Part shown: piece by piece, positions 23,029 to 32,056 of the stretch
How the letters are laid out: every line of letters begins with the position of its first letter
How positions within the stretch are numbered: the stretch's first letter is position 1
Assembly: GCA_964558935.1 (NCBI GenBank)
Contig: CAZLFP010000006.1
Location: forward strand, 1 to 47,325
DNA: 47,325 bases
Direction: 5' to 3'
Origin: an uncultured Gammaproteobacteria bacterium
GTDB taxonomy: Bacteria; Patescibacteriota; Patescibacteriia; 2-01-FULL-39-33
The notes under the pieces: generated by a model
What the model saw: only the letters and a program-made list of their open reading frames with translations
Database searches by the model: none
Told to the model about the DNA's origin: nothing
Program-made: the position numbers and the translations under genes

Positions 23029-23122
23029 ATAATTGTTCTTTGTACAAATAAAACAACACTCCGTAAGGGGTTTAGAATAAAAACAAGAAGCGGAATGAGC
23101 AAGGTGTCCAAGGAGAATGAAT

Positions 23123-24298
23123 ATGAAGAAGATTGTTTTGGTTCTGGTGATGGCTCTGTTTTCTATGATAGCCTCGGCCCAATTTGACTTCACCTTCGAT
23201 ATCGAAGGTCAGGGCCAGGTTGTGGCGAACCCCCCGGGTCCCTACACCAACCCGACCAATGTCGTGTTGTATTTTATTCCGGATCCGGGCTGGCATTTGT
23301 TCTCGGTAATTAACCTCGATCTGTCCTACACGATCGACGGTTACCGCGTCGCCAGGGTAGAGATTGGCAGCGACAGGCTTATCCGGGTTCGTTTCGTTGA
23401 GATCCCGGTACTCGAGGTGACTAGTCACATAGTTGCCAATGGTCAGTACCACTCCTACGCCGAGACAGTGGATGTTGAGTTGAGGGTAGACCATTTGGCT
23501 GGCAATTCGCTGGTTTATCGCCCCCTCATCATCCACACGGTGCCTGAGGGAGCTCAGGTTGAAGGGCTGTATAGCTATTCCGGTTACAGTGAGCCGAGCG
23601 TTTTTCAGCCGATCGGCGGAAATGAGGTAAACATACTATGGGAGACCGGCTACGTCGGCATCAGTTCCAGTAGCTTTCCTCTGACTGTTCATTATCGTCT
23701 GCGTTTGCCGGCCGGCATGGAAGGTTCCCAAACCTTTACTGCACAAGTCGAGCACAGTGGCTACTACACAGTTCGTAGTCCTCTGAACGAAGTTGTGCTG
23801 CAACCCGCCGAACAGGCAGTCACGCTGAATGGTGGCGTCTCTTTCCAAGGACGCAACGCCGGCGAGAGAGGCATGGTCGACTATCTGATGTTGACTTTGC
23901 TGGATCCGTTGACTTTTGTCGAGCTGGATCAGTGTACTGTCCGGACGGATCTGGATGGTGAGTTTTTCGGCGCTGTCTTTACAGTGTCGGATGGGGATTA
24001 TGTGCTCAACGTTAAGGGTAGTAATACCTTGGCGGTTGAAACATTTGTTTCCTTGAGCAGTCAGGTTCCGGTCAATGGAGCCTGGATGACGGACCAGGAG
24101 CTTCCAGTCGGCGATGCCAATGGTGATAACTTTATCACTATGCTGGACTTCGCCATCATGGCTCAAAGTTTTGGTATGGATCGTTTTCAAGAGGATTTCG
24201 ATCCTCGGGGCGATTTCAATGGCGACGGCGCCATTACTATGCTGGACTTCTCCCTGCTGGCCAACAACTTCGGCCAATGCGGGGCCGGAGTTCAGTGA
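23123..24298 (+). CDS. secreted protein with C-terminal type-I dockerin-like duplicated Ca-binding repeats
   Basis: Signal peptide MKKIVLVLVMALFSMIASAQ. GDANGDNFITMLDFAIMAQSFG and GDFNGDGAITMLDFSLLANNFG. N-terminal InlB-B-repeat-like segment. High GC. Confidence 0.75.
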   Translation: MKKIVLVLVMALFSMIASAQFDFTFDIEGQGQVVANPPGPYTNPTNVVLYFIPDPGWHLFSVINLDLSYTIDGYRVARVEIGSDRLIRVRFVEIPVLEVTSHIVANGQYHSYAETVDVELRVDHLAGNSLVYRPLIIHTVPEGAQVEGLYSYSGYSEPSVFQPIGGNEVNILWETGYVGISSSSFPLTVHYRLRLPAGMEGSQTFTAQVEHSGYYTVRSPLNEVVLQPAEQAVTLNGGVSFQGRNAGERGMVDYLMLTLLDPLTFVELDQCTVRTDLDGEFFGAVFTVSDGDYVLNVKGSNTLAVETFVSLSSQVPVNGAWMTDQELPVGDANGDNFITMLDFAIMAQSFGMDRFQEDFDPRGDFNGDGAITMLDFSLLANNFGQCGAGVQ

Positions 24299-24307
24299 TC
24301 AAAACAA

Positions 24308-24342
24308 GGCGGATCAACACGGATGTTGATTCGCCTTTTCTT
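24308..24342 (+). terminator. intrinsic terminator
   Basis: 12-bp stem GGCGGATCAACA/TGTTGATTCGCC then TTTTCTT. Confidence 0.65.
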
Positions 24343-24345
24343 ATC

Positions 24346-24374
24346 TTGATTTTTTCTAATTTCTATGCTATACT
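24346..24374 (+). promoter_or_regulatory. promoter of the tRNA Arg-Lys pair
   Basis: TTGATT -17 nt- (TGC)TATACT. Confidence 0.55.
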
Positions 24375-24392
24375 CTAACTTAGTTTAACTTT

Positions 24393-24469
24393 GCACTCAT
24401 AGCTCAATTGGATAGAGCACTTGGCTTCGGACCAAGGGGTTGGAGGTTCGAGTCCTTCTGGGTGCGCCA
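24393..24469 (+). tRNA. tRNA-Arg (anticodon UCG), CCA encoded
   Basis: Acceptor GCACTCA/TGGGTGC, anticodon arm CTTGG-CTTCGGA-CCAAG, 3' GCCA. Confidence 0.85.
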
Positions 24470-24472
24470 CTC

Positions 24473-24545
24473 GCCCTTATAGCTCAGTCGGTAGAGCAGC
24501 TGCCTCTTAAGCAGACGGTCGGGGGTTCGAATCCCTCTGGGGGCA
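24473..24545 (+). tRNA. tRNA-Lys (anticodon CUU)
   Basis: Acceptor GCCCTTA/TGGGGGC, anticodon loop CTCTTAA. Confidence 0.85.
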
Positions 24546-24580
24546 CAAAAAAACACTCAGCTTTGTAGCTGAGTGTTTTG
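24546..24580. terminator. bidirectional terminator
   Basis: AACACTCAGC-TTTGTA-GCTGAGTGTT flanked by A and T runs. Confidence 0.65.
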
Positions 24581-24581
24581 G

Positions 24582-25661
24582 TTATTCAGTGATATCCAAA
24601 GTTTCAACCGCTTTTTCAAACAGACCCTTGCTGTAGCTTTTGGAATAGGTATTGTTATCAAAAGTTTTCTTGTCTATCTCACCCTTTTTGTACAGAGCTA
24701 GAAGAGCGTTATCCATGGTTACCATACCGTTTTTGGCACTGGTCTGAATTGCGGTTTTAATCTGTGAGACTTTATTTTCTCTGATCAGATTGGCAATAGC
24801 CGGTGTGTTGGTTAAAATTTCTCTGGCTGCCACTCGACCGCCACCTTTTTTAGGCAGAAGTCTTTGAGAGATTACTCCTTTTAGAGTAATGGAGATTTGC
24901 ATTCTAACTTGATTTTGTTGGTGGGGTGGAAAAATATCTATAATTCTATCAATAGTTTGAGCTGCCGAGTAAGTATGTAAAGTCGCAAATACCAGGTGTC
25001 CGGTTTCAGCTAAAGTAATGGTGGTGGCAATTGTTTCCAGGTCTCTCATTTCTCCCACCATAATAACATTAGGATCCTGTCTTAAAGCATGGATCAAGCC
25101 GCCCTGAAAAGTCAGCATGTCAGTGCCCAACTGTCTTTGGCGAATAATGCTTTTGTCCGGTTTAAACAAGAATTCAATCGGATCTTCCAGGGTAACAATA
25201 TTCATGCTTCTATCATGATTGATGTAATTAATCATGGCAGCCAGGGAAGTGGATTTACCGCAGCCAGTCGGACCAGTGAAGAGAATCAGGCCTCGATTTA
25301 AATTGCATAAATCGTAAATTATGGGTGGCATGGCAATATCATCCATGGTAGGTATTTGGGAAGGAATGGTTCTGGCTGCCAAACCAATATTGCCCTTTTC
25401 CCAATGAATATTAATTCTGAATCTAGAACCATCTTCAATCTGGTGGGCAAAATCCAATTCTTTTTCAAGGGTGAACTTTTTAAAGCGTTCCGGAGTTAAA
25501 ACTTCAGTTACCATAGTCTCAATCTCTTGGGCAGATAACGCTTGTTTGCTAATGGCTGTTAATTCCCCATCTATTCTCAAATATGGGGGCAAGTCAGTCA
25601 CTAAATGTAAATCAGAAGCTTGTTTCTTAACAGCTTGTTTTAAATAGTCGTTTAAGGACAT
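24582..25661 (-). CDS. pilT: type IV pilus retraction ATPase PilT
   Basis: Walker A GPTGCGKST, PilT-type length, IANLIRENK motif. Confidence 0.85.
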   Translation of the reverse strand: MSLNDYLKQAVKKQASDLHLVTDLPPYLRIDGELTAISKQALSAQEIETMVTEVLTPERFKKFTLEKELDFAHQIEDGSRFRINIHWEKGNIGLAARTIPSQIPTMDDIAMPPIIYDLCNLNRGLILFTGPTGCGKSTSLAAMINYINHDRSMNIVTLEDPIEFLFKPDKSIIRQRQLGTDMLTFQGGLIHALRQDPNVIMVGEMRDLETIATTITLAETGHLVFATLHTYSAAQTIDRIIDIFPPHQQNQVRMQISITLKGVISQRLLPKKGGGRVAAREILTNTPAIANLIRENKVSQIKTAIQTSAKNGMVTMDNALLALYKKGEIDKKTFDNNTYSKSYSKGLFEKAVETLDITE

Positions 25662-25667
25662 AGGATA

Positions 25668-26360
25668 TTATTTCCAATTTTTTATAATCAGAGCTTGTTC
25701 AGCGGCCTTAATCTGAGCTTCTTGCTTGCTGGAACCGATGCCGGTTGTTACCAATTCTCTGTCCAGATACAAGCCAACTTTAAAGATCTTAGCATGATCG
25801 GGACCGGAAGAAGACATGACCTTGTAGTTGGGAGTGACACCCAGTTGTTCCTGAGCTTTTTCCTGGAAACTGCTTTTGGGGTCAACATAGAGCTTTTTAG
25901 AAATGATTTCTTCCAGTTCGTTTAGAATATTGTTTTGAATGAATTTGGAAGCTACTTTCATGCCTTGGTCTAAATAAATGGCTCCAATAATGGCTTCCAT
26001 GGCATTGGATAGAATAAATTGTCTGGCTTTGGAATCTTTGTCTTTGGATTCACCCTTGCTCATCTGAATGAATTTTTCTATTTCCAATTTAACGGCAATT
26101 CTAGACAGATTAATACGATTGACCAAACTGGCTCGCCAGTTGGTTAACTCACCTTCCGGGTTGGGATAGTTTTGGTATAGATGTTCAGTTACCACCAATT
26201 CTAGAACAGCATCGCCTAAAAATTCCATTCTCTCATTGTGATTGAGTTTGTATTCCGGGTGTTCGTTGAGATAGGAGCGATGGGTGGTTGCTTCAATAAT
26301 TAAATCTCGGTTCTTAAATTTAACACCGAGTTGTTTTTCAAGTTGAGTCAAATCTTTCAT
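25668..26360 (-). CDS. rnc: ribonuclease III
   Basis: NERMEFLGDAVLE signature plus C-terminal dsRBD. Confidence 0.9.
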   Translation of the reverse strand: MKDLTQLEKQLGVKFKNRDLIIEATTHRSYLNEHPEYKLNHNERMEFLGDAVLELVVTEHLYQNYPNPEGELTNWRASLVNRINLSRIAVKLEIEKFIQMSKGESKDKDSKARQFILSNAMEAIIGAIYLDQGMKVASKFIQNNILNELEEIISKKLYVDPKSSFQEKAQEQLGVTPNYKVMSSSGPDHAKIFKVGLYLDRELVTTGIGSSKQEAQIKAAEQALIIKNWK

Positions 26361-26361
26361 A

Positions 26362-26817
26362 CTATTTTGCTGGTTCTTTAGTTTCAGTTGTCTTGTCTAT
26401 GTCTTTTGTTCCCATTTGTTTGTAGATGGCACCTAAAACGCCATTGACGAATTTACCGGCTGACTCACCGCCAAAGGTTTTAGCCAGTTCAATGGCTTCA
26501 TTAATGGCGACTTTAGCCGGAATATTCTTGTCAAACTTCAGTTCGTAAATTCCGACTCTTAGAATATTTCGGTCAATGATGGTGATTTGTTCCAAAGGCC
26601 ATTCAGGAGCGAATTGGGTAATTAACTCATTGATTTCAGTAATGTTCTCCTTAACCCCTTTGATTAAATTAAAAGCAAACCCATCGTCGTCAAATTGAGG
26701 GGCAAAAATTTCTTGGTTTTGCTTGAGAACTTCTTCCACTTGTTCCTGTTGATGGTTGAAATCCCAGCGGTACAGGCTTTGAACAGCAATGGTTCGCGCT
26801 AAATGGCGATTAGACAT
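26362..26817 (-). CDS. nusB: transcription antitermination factor NusB
   Basis: NusB family sequence ([13 protein letters not shown]..., INEAIELAK). Confidence 0.85.
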   Translation of the reverse strand: MSNRHLARTIAVQSLYRWDFNHQQEQVEEVLKQNQEIFAPQFDDDGFAFNLIKGVKENITEINELITQFAPEWPLEQITIIDRNILRVGIYELKFDKNIPAKVAINEAIELAKTFGGESAGKFVNGVLGAIYKQMGTKDIDKTTETKEPAK

Positions 26818-26900
26818 ATTAGTAACGGATTAGCCGTTAACTGTTAACCGCTAATCGAGTGGATCGACCAACGGTAAAAGGTCAACGTGACTACTAATGA

Positions 26901-27137
26901 TTATTTATTCTCTTGTTTTTCCTTTCTTTCTTTGGCTTTTTGAGCTGCAGTTTTCTTCTTAGCTTTTAAAGTTATGGCTTGTTTACCTCGGTAAGTGCCG
27001 CAGTGACTGCAAGCATGATGAGGCTTTTTGGGTTGGCCGCATTTTGAACATTTAACAAGTTTAGTTTTAGCTAAGGCAAAATGGGAAGCTCTTCTTTTCT
27101 TGGAACTTTTAGTCCGTTTCTGAGTAGGATGAGGCAT
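26901..27137 (-). CDS. rpmF: 50S ribosomal protein L32 with Lys-rich C-terminal extension
   Basis: MPHPTQKRTKSSKKRRASH..., CSKCG...CSHCG zinc ribbon. Confidence 0.85.
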   Translation of the reverse strand: MPHPTQKRTKSSKKRRASHFALAKTKLVKCSKCGQPKKPHHACSHCGTYRGKQAITLKAKKKTAAQKAKERKEKQENK

Positions 27138-27208
27138 AAATCTAGTCTAGAATTAATACTTATTGCTGATTAAATTCTAACAGGTTTTTATGCATTTGGC
27201 AAGATGGA

Positions 27209-27237
27209 TTGACAGTCTTAAAATTATATGTTATTGT
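27209..27237 (+). promoter_or_regulatory. candidate promoter
   Basis: TTGACA -17 nt- TATTGT. Confidence 0.4.
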
Positions 27238-27279
27238 GCAACAGCTTGAGTAACACCAGTCAAAACAAGGAGATGCTAA

Positions 27280-27603
27280 GTGACTAACAAATCTGTGGTC
27301 GAAACCAGGATTGGCTTGCCCAGCAACGTTTTCTATGTTGGCACGGTTGTCCAGATCCAGAAGCAGCGTTTTTTGGATCAACCGGTGGAAATCTCAATTG
27401 AAACCATTGTGCGGGTCGAATTGGCGTATTTGCCTGAGGAGAATAAGTTCGACCCCAGGTTGCATTACCTGACAAATACCGGTCGGAATATTGCTTTTGA
27501 CCGCCAGGCCAAGAAGTTCTACGAGCTGTGTAAAGTAGAGGGAGGGGACGGCAATCCTCAACTGGCGACTTTGATGGTCCAAGTCTTTCGGCTCGGACGT
27601 TAG
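27280..27603 (+). CDS. hypothetical protein (107 aa)
   Basis: GTG 7 nt after AAGGAG; higher GC; followed by a strong terminator; preferred over two overlapping minus-strand ORFs. Confidence 0.55.
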   Translation: MTNKSVVETRIGLPSNVFYVGTVVQIQKQRFLDQPVEISIETIVRVELAYLPEENKFDPRLHYLTNTGRNIAFDRQAKKFYELCKVEGGDGNPQLATLMVQVFRLGR

Positions 27604-27611
27604 CTATTTCA

Positions 27612-27643
27612 CGCTTGGTTGCTTTAGGCAACCGGGCGTTTTT
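27612..27643 (+). terminator. intrinsic terminator
   Basis: 11-bp stem CGCTTGGTTGC/GCAACCGGGCG then TTTTT. Confidence 0.65.
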
Positions 27644-28613
27644 AAATTGGCTTTAATTCTTTTAAAAACTTTCTTAAGTTTAGGGGTAGGTTGCTGGAAT
27701 ACTCATATCTTTTTCTATCCGGTCCGACAAAAGATAGATAACTGGCGTGTAAGAAGATTCTGTCCAGATCGGCTGTTTTTATTTTTTTCTTAAAATACAA
27801 CCTGTCTCCCACGATCGGGGTGTCATGGGCTAACATATGCACCCTGATCTGATGAGTTCTACCGGTTAGAATTTCTACTTCCAGTAAGGTATAGTTCTTG
27901 TATTTATGGATCACGGTATAATTGGTCACAGCCTTTTTGTCTGAAGTATCAAATTTTCTGTCTTTCTTTTTGGGATGAGCCGCAAACAGACCTTTCTTGG
28001 TTTTGGATCTGCCGATATAGAAATCAATGGTACCTTCATCTGCTTCAATTTCTCCATAGACCAGGGCAGTGTATTTTTTAACCAATTTTCTTTTTTTGAA
28101 TTTGTCTTTTAAGAAGTTAAACCAGTCTTGGTTGAGAGGAATGATCATGAGGCCGGAAACATCTTTATCCAGTCTGTGTACAATACCGGCTCTGTTGGGA
28201 TCATCTCCAACCTGTTCAATGGCAGGATATTCTTGTTTTAACCAGTCGACTAAAGTGTTGGTTTCGTTTTGGTCGGTAGGATGAACCAGGAGTCCGGCCG
28301 GTTTGTTTATAACCAGATAATTATCATTTTCTGCGACAATTTTTATTTTTTTAAACAAGGCTTTGGAAGTTGAAGTCTTCACCGGTTTGAGCGGTCGGTC
28401 TTTAACTTGATGCTGAGAACTTGAGATGGTTATTTTGTCTCCTTCTTTTAGAAAATGATGGACACTGGTTGCTTTTCCATTAATTAAAACAGATTGATCT
28501 AAAATCATTTTTTTGATTTGAGATCTGGTAATAGCTTGTAGTTCTTGAACTAAGAACTTATCCAGTCTTTGACCCTGTTCTTGACCGGTAATGATTAAAT
28601 TCTTTTTTAACAT
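27642..28613 (-). CDS. RluA/RluD-family pseudouridine synthase
   Basis: N-terminal S4 domain, catalytic HRLDKDVSGL. Confidence 0.85.
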   Translation of the reverse strand: MLKKNLIITGQEQGQRLDKFLVQELQAITRSQIKKMILDQSVLINGKATSVHHFLKEGDKITISSSQHQVKDRPLKPVKTSTSKALFKKIKIVAENDNYLVINKPAGLLVHPTDQNETNTLVDWLKQEYPAIEQVGDDPNRAGIVHRLDKDVSGLMIIPLNQDWFNFLKDKFKKRKLVKKYTALVYGEIEADEGTIDFYIGRSKTKKGLFAAHPKKKDRKFDTSDKKAVTNYTVIHKYKNYTLLEVEILTGRTHQIRVHMLAHDTPIVGDRLYFKKKIKTADLDRIFLHASYLSFVGPDRKRYEYSSNLPLNLRKFLKELKPI

Positions 28614-28616
28614 GGA

Positions 28617-28645
28617 TTGACTTAATTAAGTATATATATTATGCT
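28617..28645 (+). promoter_or_regulatory. candidate promoter
   Basis: TTGACT -17 nt- TATGCT. Confidence 0.4.
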
Positions 28646-28687
28646 TGGGTTGAGAAGTATGGTGTCAATACCTCAGGAGGCTAGAAC

Positions 28688-29008
28688 ATGTTAACACAGC
28701 ACGTGGTTGAGGTTATTCGGACCGGGCACTACTATCTCATGCCTGAACATCCGAATTGGATCGCTAAAGTGGTTAATGCAGATCCGGCTTGCTGTCAGGC
28801 TCATGTGGTGGTGCTGGATTTCCAAACCGGCAAACTGCATACACCGGGTGGTTTAAGTTTCTGCATCTTTAATCCCAAGCCTTTGAGTAAAACCGAGCTG
28901 GGAGGTTACGTCGCTTCAGCCTTGATGCATTTGGAGATCAGTGCCGGGCAAGCAGATGTCAACAGCGACCAGATCAAGGATCTAAAGCTAGCTGTTGAAC
29001 AGTTCTAA
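28688..29008 (+). CDS. hypothetical protein (106 aa)
   Basis: RBS CAGGAGG; higher GC. Confidence 0.55.
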   Translation: MLTQHVVEVIRTGHYYLMPEHPNWIAKVVNADPACCQAHVVVLDFQTGKLHTPGGLSFCIFNPKPLSKTELGGYVASALMHLEISAGQADVNSDQIKDLKLAVEQF

Positions 29009-29023
29009 ACAGAGGAGGGACAC

Positions 29024-29275
29024 ATGGCCAGATTAGTGGAGGAGGGTGGATACTATTACTTCCAAGGATGCAACCTACTCATCTGTCGAGTTGATCAGGT
29101 ATTTGAGGATGGTAGGTTTGACGGTCTAGTTCTAAATCTCGAGACTGGTCGCATCATGCCTTTGGTAGCAGCCACCAGCCAGTGTTTAGATCTGGACCAT
29201 TCTTTCGAATCTTTAATGCCGGATTTGAAACAGCGGGCACTTCGAGCTGTGTCACAGTCTATTACAGATTTCTAA
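29024..29275 (+). CDS. hypothetical protein (83 aa), likely paralog of the preceding gene
   Basis: RBS GAGGAGGG; shares G-x-YY ... VVLDFQTGK / LVLNLETGR with the 28688 protein. Confidence 0.55.
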   Translation: MARLVEEGGYYYFQGCNLLICRVDQVFEDGRFDGLVLNLETGRIMPLVAATSQCLDLDHSFESLMPDLKQRALRAVSQSITDF

Positions 29276-29294
29276 CATTGTAACTCACTTCGTG

Positions 29295-30809
29295 TTAACG
29301 GGGTGAGTTATTTTCATGTAACCTTCTCTTTCTCTCATCTTCGTAAAAAGCAATATCTGGATGTAGCTTCTTTAGATCTTTATCTGTTAATTCATCTAGC
29401 TTTTGAGCCTGTTTTGTTAAATAATCAGGATCGTTTTTCTTAGGATCTTCCAACACTTCAGCCAGCAGGGCGTTTAAAATCAGACCAACTCTGGGGCCGG
29501 GTTTGAGGCTGAGGAGTTGCATGAGTTCATCGCCTTTTATGGCTAGCATTTTGGGAGTTATGGGATCTAAAACGACTTCCTTAAACCTTCTTTCCAATTC
29601 CTGCAGTTTCCAAGGTTTGGCTTTAGGTCTGCCCATGCCCAGTCTGTCGCAGATTCTAAGGTTGATGAAATCATCTATCTTGTCTGTACCCAATCTGTTG
29701 AGCAATCTTCTGACTCCAGCGTCTGAGACCAGGTCTAGGGCGTAATAGAACATGTGGTATCTGACCAGATGAGTGACGTCTTTGATAATGTCATTTTTAA
29801 AACCCAGTCTTCTCAAAATTTGTCTGACCATTTTGGCGCCTTCAATGTCATGGTTGTAGAAGGTGGCTTCTTTACCTTCTCCGCCCTTGGTTTGCGGCTT
29901 GGCAATGTCATGGAAGAGTGCAGCCAGTCGGATGTTTAAATCATAATTTCTTTGAGCGGCAAAACCCAAGGCTCTGGCGTTGTGGTCAAAAACTTCGTAA
30001 ATATGAGCTTTATTCTGTTTCACACCTAAGCCGGCTTCCAGTTCCGGTATTAAAGCTTTGAGCAAGCCCAACTCTTGCATTAATCTAATGCCCTGTTCCG
30101 CCCGGTCAGACAGAATGATTTTAGTCAATTCCTGGTTGATTCTTTCTTGAGCGATCTTGGTAATCTGGTTTGCTTTGTCTTGGATAGTTTGCTTGGTTTT
30201 GGTTTCAATTTTGAAATCTAATTGACAAGCTTGTCTGACCGCTCTGAGCATCCGAGTGTAGTCTTCTTGAAATCTGAGTTTGGGATCTCCAATGGCCCGT
30301 ATCTTTTTATTCTGCAAATCTGACAGACCTTTGAATTTATCAACTAATTTTTGCGTATTTAAATTCCAGGCCAAAGCATTAATGGTAAAATCCCGTCTGC
30401 CCAAATCTTGTTCGATGGGTAAGTCTTTATCTGATTGTATTTCAAAGTCTTTATAACCGCCTGACATACCGGCATGTTCAGTTCTGGGCAGTGCGATGTC
30501 AATGGGTTCAAAATTTTCATCTGTATGTTTGGGTATAAACTTAAAGACTCCAAAACTTTTACCCACCAAGTTAACCTTACCGAGTTTGCTTAATGTTTTT
30601 TCAAGATCAGAAGTTTTAACATGTCTGATGACAAAATCGTAGTCTTTGGTTGGTTTGTCAAGCAGAATGTCTCTCACAGCACCCCCGACCAAAAAGATTT
30701 CAGCCTCAGGAAAGGTGGTCATGAGTTGTGATAGAAATTCAAATTCAGGCTGGCTGAAAGTGATTTTTTGCCAGTGTTTCAATTTGGTTTGAGCTTGAGC
30801 TTGGGTCAT
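29295..30809 (-). CDS. cca: CCA-adding tRNA nucleotidyltransferase with HD domain
   Basis: GGAVRD..DYDF polymerase-beta motif, LFHDIAKP HD motif. Confidence 0.85.
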   Translation of the reverse strand: MTQAQAQTKLKHWQKITFSQPEFEFLSQLMTTFPEAEIFLVGGAVRDILLDKPTKDYDFVIRHVKTSDLEKTLSKLGKVNLVGKSFGVFKFIPKHTDENFEPIDIALPRTEHAGMSGGYKDFEIQSDKDLPIEQDLGRRDFTINALAWNLNTQKLVDKFKGLSDLQNKKIRAIGDPKLRFQEDYTRMLRAVRQACQLDFKIETKTKQTIQDKANQITKIAQERINQELTKIILSDRAEQGIRLMQELGLLKALIPELEAGLGVKQNKAHIYEVFDHNARALGFAAQRNYDLNIRLAALFHDIAKPQTKGGEGKEATFYNHDIEGAKMVRQILRRLGFKNDIIKDVTHLVRYHMFYYALDLVSDAGVRRLLNRLGTDKIDDFINLRICDRLGMGRPKAKPWKLQELERRFKEVVLDPITPKMLAIKGDELMQLLSLKPGPRVGLILNALLAEVLEDPKKNDPDYLTKQAQKLDELTDKDLKKLHPDIAFYEDERKRRLHENNSPR

Positions 30810-30881
30810 TCCGATTTTTGCTTGAGGAGTTTAAATGTAGTATAATAGTATTGTATTAGAAATAGGTATAAAAATCAATTT

Positions 30882-31928
30882 ATGAAATTAAAAGTGGCTA
30901 TTTTGGCAGTTGCTGTTAACCTGGTTTTAGCCGTATCTAAGGTGATGATTGGTTGGTGGACAAAATCGGTGGCTATTTTAGCAGACGGCATTAATTCTTC
31001 TGCCGATGTTTTCACTTCAACCATCAATTTTTTTGGCATTAAAATGGCCTCGAAGCCGGAAGATGAAGGCCATCCTTACGGTCATCACAAATTTGAAGTG
31101 GTCTCAGCTTCAATAATCATCCTCTTTCTTTTTTTAACCGGTGGTTGGATTTTGTATGAAGCTTACCAAGGCTTTGTTAATCCTCAACAAGTGTCCATTA
31201 GTTATTTGGCTTTGGCAATCATGCTGGGGTCAATTGTGTTAAACGCCATCATGTCTTGGTTGAAAGTGTATTACGGTAAAAAAGAAAATTCCGTATCATT
31301 GGTTTCAGACGGTATTCATACCAGAACGGATGTCTTGTCATCGGTCGGTGTTTTAATTGGCTTGTTACTGTACCCGTACTGGCCTTATGCCGATGCTCTG
31401 GCTGCGGTTATTATTGGTTTGTATATTCTAAAGGAAGCCATTGGTTTAGGCAGAGAAGCAGCCGATTCCCTGTTGGATGCTTCAGCTGATCCTGAGGTGA
31501 TAGCTAAGATTGAGAGAATTGTCAGTGATGAAAAAATAGAATTGGCGAATTTAAAGACTCAGAAAAAAGGAGCGGTGATAACTGCCAATTTGGAAATTAA
31601 ACTGGCTAAGAATTTAAAAGTGGCAGAAGCCACTGAGATTTCAAATGATTTGAGAAAAAAGTTAATGGACCAGATTAATAATTTGGAATATGTGGCCATC
31701 CAAATCGGCAGTCATGATGTGGTGGAAAGCTATTATCGGTCTCAGAAAACTTTAGGTTTAGGTGAAGGTTTTGGTTGGAGAAGGCAAGGACAGGACGATG
31801 GTCAAGCTTCCGGTCCGGGTGGATATTGTGTTTGTCCCAATTGTGGCAAGAAAGTTAGACATGACAGAGGTAAGCCTTGTTCCAAAATGGTGTGCGAGGA
31901 GTGTAACCAGAAGATGAAAAGGGAATGA
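30882..31928 (+). CDS. cation diffusion facilitator transporter with C-terminal Cys-rich tail
   Basis: 6 TM helices, DGINSSADV / DGIHTRTDV metal-site motifs; tail CVCPNCG...CSKMVCEEC. Confidence 0.8.
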   Translation: MKLKVAILAVAVNLVLAVSKVMIGWWTKSVAILADGINSSADVFTSTINFFGIKMASKPEDEGHPYGHHKFEVVSASIIILFLFLTGGWILYEAYQGFVNPQQVSISYLALAIMLGSIVLNAIMSWLKVYYGKKENSVSLVSDGIHTRTDVLSSVGVLIGLLLYPYWPYADALAAVIIGLYILKEAIGLGREAADSLLDASADPEVIAKIERIVSDEKIELANLKTQKKGAVITANLEIKLAKNLKVAEATEISNDLRKKLMDQINNLEYVAIQIGSHDVVESYYRSQKTLGLGEGFGWRRQGQDDGQASGPGGYCVCPNCGKKVRHDRGKPCSKMVCEECNQKMKRE

Positions 31929-31941
31929 TTTATTTTTTAAG

Positions 31942-31968
31942 AAAAAAGCGGCAATATGCCGCTTTTTT
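31942..31968. terminator. bidirectional terminator
   Basis: AAAAAA-GCGGCA-ATA-TGCCGC-TTTTTT. Confidence 0.7.
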
Positions 31969-31971
31969 GGG

Positions 31972-32045
31972 TGGACACTAGAAGAGTCGAACTTCTGACC
32001 TCGTCCACGTCAAGGACGCGCTCTAACCAACTGAGCTAAGTGTCC
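31972..32045 (-). tRNA. tRNA-Val (anticodon GAC)
   Basis: Acceptor GGACACT/AGTGTCC, anticodon arm CGTCC-TTGACGT-GGACG. Confidence 0.9.
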
Positions 32046-32056
32046 ATATTTTGCAG

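Noticed and set aside
23636-24277. 213-aa minus-strand ORF (and 23072..23536) antisense to the dockerin protein gene
   Set aside because: No RBS or promoter. The plus-strand frame carries a signal peptide and dockerin repeats.
27284-27631. Minus-strand ORFs 27284..27631 and 27394..27582
   Set aside because: They overlap the plus-strand ORF, which has an AAGGAG RBS, a promoter and a strong terminator. The minus frames have none of these.
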